Assembly (NCBI GenBank): GCA_024231215.1
Contig: JAAEQR010000142.1
Coordinates: 292,593-356,592 of the forward strand
Direction of reading: 5' to 3'
DNA: 64,000 nucleotides
DNA from: PVC group bacterium
GTDB lineage: Bacteria > Omnitrophota > Gorgyraeia > B26-G9
Below the pieces are notes generated by a model. It had not been told where the DNA came from. It did no database searches and saw only the letters and a list, made by a program, of their open reading frames with translations. Within the stretch, counting starts at the first letter, position 1. Each line of letters begins with the position of its first letter. This document shows, piece by piece, positions 59,511 through 64,000 of the stretch. The position numbers and the translations under genes were made by a program.

Positions 59511-61382
59511 TTACCCGACAAGCTTTCTAGCAACATCAACTATGTTTTCATAATCCAACCCGCAATCCTTGCGCAGCTGATTTTGATCACCGTGTTCTAT
59601 GAATTTATCAGGAATCGCTATAAGCCTGATATCAGCCTTGATATTTTTAACCTGACACAATTCCAAGACAGAACTACCAAATCCGCCCTTTACTGAATTT
59701 TCTTCAATACTTATGGCTTTTCCTGATTTCCGAATAGATTGAGCAATTTCTTCATCCAGAGGCTTGGCAAATCTCGCATTAATAAGTGTAGCCTTAATCC
59801 CTTCCTGATCTAAAATCTCCCAAGCCTTTAGGGCCTCTTTAAAAACTGTCCCGATTGAAACAATTGTTAAATGCTCGCCATTTTTAACAAACTCACTTTT
59901 ACCCACATCAAGCTGTTTAACAGCTCTTTCCTCAATGTTTTCTCCATAACCACGGGGATAGCGGATTGCTATTGGCATACCGACCTGCGTAGCAGTAAAC
60001 AACATGTCCCGCAGCTCAGAAGCATCTTTAGGAGCCATGATAACCATATTCGGCACATGCCTCAGGTAAGAAATATCAAAACAACCATGATGAGTAGCCC
60101 CATCACTACCAACAAGCCCAGCACGATCAATAGCAAAAATTACCGGAAGCTCCTGCAAACAAACATCATGAATAATTGCATCATAAGCACGCTGCAGAAA
60201 TGACGAGTAAATAGCACAAACCGGCTTTAACCCCTGTTTTGCCATACCCGCAGCAAAGACTACTGCGTGTTGCTCAGCAATTCCGACATCAAAAAACCGG
60301 TCTGGAAACCGCTCTTTAAAAAGAGATAATCCTGTTCCTTCAGGCATAGCTGCAGTTATTCCGACAATCTTATGATCACTTTCTGCCATTTCGACTAATG
60401 ATTTCGCAAAAATTTCTGTAAAAGAAAGCGCCTCATGACAATGCAAATGCTCTCCACTTTCCACGTCAAAAGGATTAATTCCATGAAATTTTATTTTATT
60501 TTCCTCTGCATAAGCATACCCTTTACCTTTAACTGTTTTTAAGTGTATTATGGACGCACCTTGAGTGTTCCTAGCCTTTTCAAAAGCAACAAGCATAGCA
60601 TTAATATCATGTCCGTCAACTGAACCAATATAGTTAAACCCCAGTTTTTCGAAAAGCAGTCCCGGAGATCCCACTTCTTTTAAATGCATTTTTAGTTCTA
60701 ACAACTTATCTTTTAATCCGTCACCATGTTCGATTAAATCACCCAATGTTTTTTTAAGACGCTTATATATATCTGTATGCTCTATACGATGAGCATATTT
60801 TGAAAGAGCTCCTACATTTTTTGAAATTGACATCCTGTTATCATTAAGGATCACAATGACCTTAGTATTTAAATATCCTGCCTGATTAATTGCCTCTAAA
60901 GCATTCCCCCCGGTCATCGCCCCGTCCCCAATTACGGCTATAACTTCAAAATCTTTATTCTGCAAATCTCTTGCCTTGGCAATCCCCAAAGCAGCCGATA
61001 TAGAAGTCGATGCATGTCCTGCTCCAAAACTATCGTGCTCACTTTCACTTGGCTTCGGAAATCCGCATAACCCCTTATATTGACGCAAGGTATGGAAACG
61101 GTCTCTTCTACCTGTAAGAATTTTATGAGCATAGCACTGATGCCCGACGTCCCAGATAATCTTATCCCGAGGACTATCAAATAAATAATGCAACGCCACT
61201 GTTAATTCTACTACACCTAAAGAGGCTCCCAAATGCCCCCCGGTCTTAGAAATATTCTCAATAATAAAATTTCGAACTTCTTCAGCTAATAGCGGAATAT
61301 CTTCTTTTTTTATTTTTTTAAGCTCTTCAAGATTAGTAACTTTTTCCAATAGTTTAAATTTATTTTTTTCTTTCATCTTCAT
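59511..61382 (-). CDS. dxs: 1-deoxy-D-xylulose-5-phosphate synthase
   Basis: GGHLGASLG, WDVGHQ.Y.HK.LTGR, thiamine-diphosphate-binding GDGA..G, transketolase-like C-terminal domains. 623 aa. Confidence 0.95.
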   Translation of the reverse strand: MKMKEKNKFKLLEKVTNLEELKKIKKEDIPLLAEEVRNFIIENISKTGGHLGASLGVVELTVALHYLFDSPRDKIIWDVGHQCYAHKILTGRRDRFHTLRQYKGLCGFPKPSESEHDSFGAGHASTSISAALGIAKARDLQNKDFEVIAVIGDGAMTGGNALEAINQAGYLNTKVIVILNDNRMSISKNVGALSKYAHRIEHTDIYKRLKKTLGDLIEHGDGLKDKLLELKMHLKEVGSPGLLFEKLGFNYIGSVDGHDINAMLVAFEKARNTQGASIIHLKTVKGKGYAYAEENKIKFHGINPFDVESGEHLHCHEALSFTEIFAKSLVEMAESDHKIVGITAAMPEGTGLSLFKERFPDRFFDVGIAEQHAVVFAAGMAKQGLKPVCAIYSSFLQRAYDAIIHDVCLQELPVIFAIDRAGLVGSDGATHHGCFDISYLRHVPNMVIMAPKDASELRDMLFTATQVGMPIAIRYPRGYGENIEERAVKQLDVGKSEFVKNGEHLTIVSIGTVFKEALKAWEILDQEGIKATLINARFAKPLDEEIAQSIRKSGKAISIEENSVKGGFGSSVLELCQVKNIKADIRLIAIPDKFIEHGDQNQLRKDCGLDYENIVDVARKLVG

Positions 61383-61397
61383 ATACCTTTCGAAAAA

Positions 61398-62714
61398 TTA
61401 TCTCAAGTAAAAAAAATCCTCAATTAAGCTTAATGCTTCTTTAGCTTGAGCATATTGGCTGATTTTATTTTTTAATACTTCAGCATTCTTTTTGTACTTT
61501 TCTTCAATAAGAATTTTTTGCACAGAGACCGACAGCTCTGAAGCATTCAGATCATATCGATTTTGCACTGAAAAAGCATATTCCCCATAAGTCCATTTGC
61601 AATCAATCTTTTTAAATTCTTCTTTGCTTAACTTTAAAACAACAGCACAGCCAAGCTGTTCTAACCGCCGCCCGTTACCTTCTTGTTCTGAATGAAACGG
61701 AACAACAATCATTGGTTTGCCGCATGAAACTGTTTCCATCATTGTACCGTATCCCCCGTGAAAAATCACTAAATCTGCTTTAGAAATAATTTCTTGTGCT
61801 GGCACCCAATCAAAAAATTTTATATTATCCGGGATATCCGGTAACTCCGAAACAATGAATTTACCAGCGGTGGAAACAATCACATTTACATCTAGATTGC
61901 GTAGTGCTTCAATTACCGTGAGAAAAAAATTTCTACTACCGACTAAACCAGCACCGCCACCGATTGTAATATAAATCAGATGTCTTTTTCTTTCAGCAAA
62001 TGATAAACAATCCTTGTTTTTTTCCGCTTCTCTTTTGAAAATTAATGACCCAACATATTTCAGATTTTTTTTATCCATAATTGGTTCAATCTCCGGAATG
62101 CTGGGGACAATATATAAATCTCCCTTTAGCAATTCTTCAGCTTTGCTAATTTGCGACATATTTAATTTAGTAAGCAAGGGATTAAATAGAGCGGCAGTCT
62201 TCGGAGCAATACATTCAGGGTATGGAGTCTTCCACCAGATAATACCTTTTGTTTCCGGGTGTGAAGCATACCGCACAATCTGCACCACCGGTAAGTCTAA
62301 TTTTTTACCGACAAGGCCGGCAAGCATATGGGTATCCGCGATTAAAATATCCGGTTTAATTTTTTTGATAATTGTCTCATATTGCTTTAAACGGTTATTT
62401 ATAATTTTCAGACTACATAGCCCATCGCGTAAAACCTGGTAATCAAGACCACTGAACTCAGTAAACAAAGGTGTTGAAGGATTGCTAATCTTTCGATTTT
62501 TCTGAAGAAATTTTTCTTTAATGGTTTGAACTAGTAGCTTCTGATTTATCAAAAAAGTCGTGAATTGAGATTTAAGCTTAGAATAAAACTTTGCATCACT
62601 TAAAATAAAAACAGCCTCATGTCCTTTTTGTTTAGCCTCTTGCGCTAAACAAATACAGCGACTAATATGTCCGAACCCACCACCACTATCACTGGGGAAA
62701 AACACAATCTTCAT
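61398..62714 (-). CDS. GT1-family (UDP-glycosyltransferase / MGT-like) glycosyltransferase
   Basis: C-terminal UDP-sugar-binding signature HGGYGTMMETVSCGKPMIVVPFHSEQEGNG. Confidence 0.7.
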   Translation of the reverse strand: MKIVFFPSDSGGGFGHISRCICLAQEAKQKGHEAVFILSDAKFYSKLKSQFTTFLINQKLLVQTIKEKFLQKNRKISNPSTPLFTEFSGLDYQVLRDGLCSLKIINNRLKQYETIIKKIKPDILIADTHMLAGLVGKKLDLPVVQIVRYASHPETKGIIWWKTPYPECIAPKTAALFNPLLTKLNMSQISKAEELLKGDLYIVPSIPEIEPIMDKKNLKYVGSLIFKREAEKNKDCLSFAERKRHLIYITIGGGAGLVGSRNFFLTVIEALRNLDVNVIVSTAGKFIVSELPDIPDNIKFFDWVPAQEIISKADLVIFHGGYGTMMETVSCGKPMIVVPFHSEQEGNGRRLEQLGCAVVLKLSKEEFKKIDCKWTYGEYAFSVQNRYDLNASELSVSVQKILIEEKYKKNAEVLKNKISQYAQAKEALSLIEDFFYLR

Positions 62715-62779
62715 TTCTGTTTATCCTTTTTATTTTTAACAAAAGATTTGCGGAACCTATTCTCGTGATTTATCATTCC

Positions 62780-64000
62780 CTATATTTTTTTCCAATACCA
62801 CCTAAATATAAACGAATCAAAAAACATGAAAACTGGTTTTAATAATAATACTTTCAATATCCATTTCGGATATCCGCTGGTAAACAATTTTAACCACATT
62901 CTAACAAAAGTCGGAGAAATATCCGTAAACTCCTCCATATAAATATTTTTTTCCTTTTTTATAAATCCGTCTTTTATTGCTTTATTATAAATTGCCGAAC
63001 CAGGATACATTATCAAATGAAAGCAAGTAATACTGGTTCTGACCGGTAAGCGCAAAATAAATTTCAAGGTTACTATTATATCATCAGTATTTTCGTAAGG
63101 GTTATCAAATATAAACTGATAATTTATTAATGACGGAATATGTTTTTCATAAAATAAATTCCGGTATTTCTCAACAATAGATATTGCCGCAAACGTCTGT
63201 TCCGGAGTTTCTCGACGGTTATAAATTTTCAAAATCCGTTTGCTTGCCGACTCCACGCCGATACCAAATTTATATAGTAAGCCAGTTTTCGCTAAAAGCG
63301 CAAATTTTTCATCCTTAATTGTCGAAGGGCTCCCACTTGTGCCAAAAGGAAGCCCTACTTCTTTTTTCCACCGGTCACAAAATTCCTTTAATATCGGCAA
63401 AGGCATGGCAGTAATATTATCATCTGCCAGAAAAACCGCACCAATAACTTTTATATTTTCAATTGCCAACTTGATTTCTTTAAATAAATGATCTAAAGAC
63501 CTAAATCTAAAATATCTTTGCCCTTCATATATCCGTTTTAAATATGAATTATTACAATAACTACAACTGTTCGGACAACCACGGCTTAATGCAGTAAGAT
63601 AAATTATTTTATCCGGCACCGGACGTTTATAAATCCGGTCAATATCCACTATTAATTCTGGAGTTAATATTTGCAGTTTCCCTTCTAAAAAAACTTTTTG
63701 CTGATAAATTTTTGTATCTAAAACCGGTAGAGAATTTAAATCCTCGATTAAAGGACGCATTGGATTTAAAACACATTTACCTTCCTTAAGATAAGCCAGG
63801 TTCGGAATATTATAAACATCTTCGCCTCTGGCTAATTTCTGCGCTAATTCCACTGCGGTTTTATCCCCTTCTCCAACACAGACAAAATCCGTAAAATTAA
63901 CCGAATCCTCAAAAGAAGCAGTCGGATGAGGCCCCCCCCAAATAACCGGAATATCTAGTTTTTCTTTCAGGGCCTTCGTAAAATCACTAGCCGCGCAAAA
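62780..64000 (-). CDS. B12-binding-domain radical SAM protein (class B); partial, N-terminus beyond window end
   Basis: The reading frame is open to position 64000. Cobalamin-domain motif VIWGGPHPT upstream of the radical SAM CxxxCxxC (GCPNSCSYC). Confidence 0.75.
   Translation of the reverse strand, partial: FCAASDFTKALKEKLDIPVIWGGPHPTASFEDSVNFTDFVCVGEGDKTAVELAQKLARGEDVYNIPNLAYLKEGKCVLNPMRPLIEDLNSLPVLDTKIYQQKVFLEGKLQILTPELIVDIDRIYKRPVPDKIIYLTALSRGCPNSCSYCNNSYLKRIYEGQRYFRFRSLDHLFKEIKLAIENIKVIGAVFLADDNITAMPLPILKEFCDRWKKEVGLPFGTSGSPSTIKDEKFALLAKTGLLYKFGIGVESASKRILKIYNRRETPEQTFAAISIVEKYRNLFYEKHIPSLINYQFIFDNPYENTDDIIVTLKFILRLPVRTSITCFHLIMYPGSAIYNKAIKDGFIKKEKNIYMEEFTDISPTFVRMWLKLFTSGYPKWILKVLLLKPVFMFFDSFIFRWYWKKI

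Overview
AT-rich window, almost entirely coding, with the minus strand dominant; it looks like a Gram-negative, possibly candidate-phylum genome. Layout: (1) 1-2933, a peptide-type ABC importer (two ATPases, two permeases; no binding-protein gene visible). (2) 2943-7295, a PAC2-family gene divergent from a Hel308/Ski2-type DExH helicase plus a LOG-family gene, with palindromic repeats in the shared promoter region. (3) 7605-12970, a regulatory module: PocR+GAF protein, sigma-54 NtrC-type response regulator, GAF histidine kinase, TPR lipoprotein and a membrane protein, resembling the PrsK/PrsR/PrsT set associated with PEP-CTERM loci. (4) 13155-17461, the PEP-CTERM/exosortase core: two PEP-CTERM proteins, a polyprenyl-phosphate sugar transferase, EpsI-like protein and exosortase. 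(5) 17573-29087, four mosaic secreted surface-protein genes (BNR-like propeller, parallel beta-helix, FN3 and Big domains). Three of them are preceded by a conserved, apparently structured ~300-nt leader ending in a terminator-like hairpin plus U-tract just before the RBS; two end in a shared, unrecognised 'CFIATAAFG' C-terminal domain. (6) 29189-58511, a ~29-kb tightly packed minus-strand polysaccharide operon (glycosyltransferases, flippase, Wzy/O-antigen-ligase-like protein, deacetylase, kinases, amidotransferases, acyl-CoA ligase + ACP, nucleotide-sugar enzymes, Wzz/Wzc/Wza-like export proteins). A 'four-helix-bundle' gene flanked by heptanucleotide repeat arrays sits inside this operon. 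(7) 58923-64000, an isoprenoid module: Idi, Dxs, a GT1 glycosyltransferase and a partial B12-binding radical SAM enzyme. The most unusual signals are the conserved attenuator-like leader RNA, the heptad repeat family (intergenic, flanking a gene cassette, and in-frame inside two CDSs), the mosaic surface proteins, and their unrecognised C-terminal domain.
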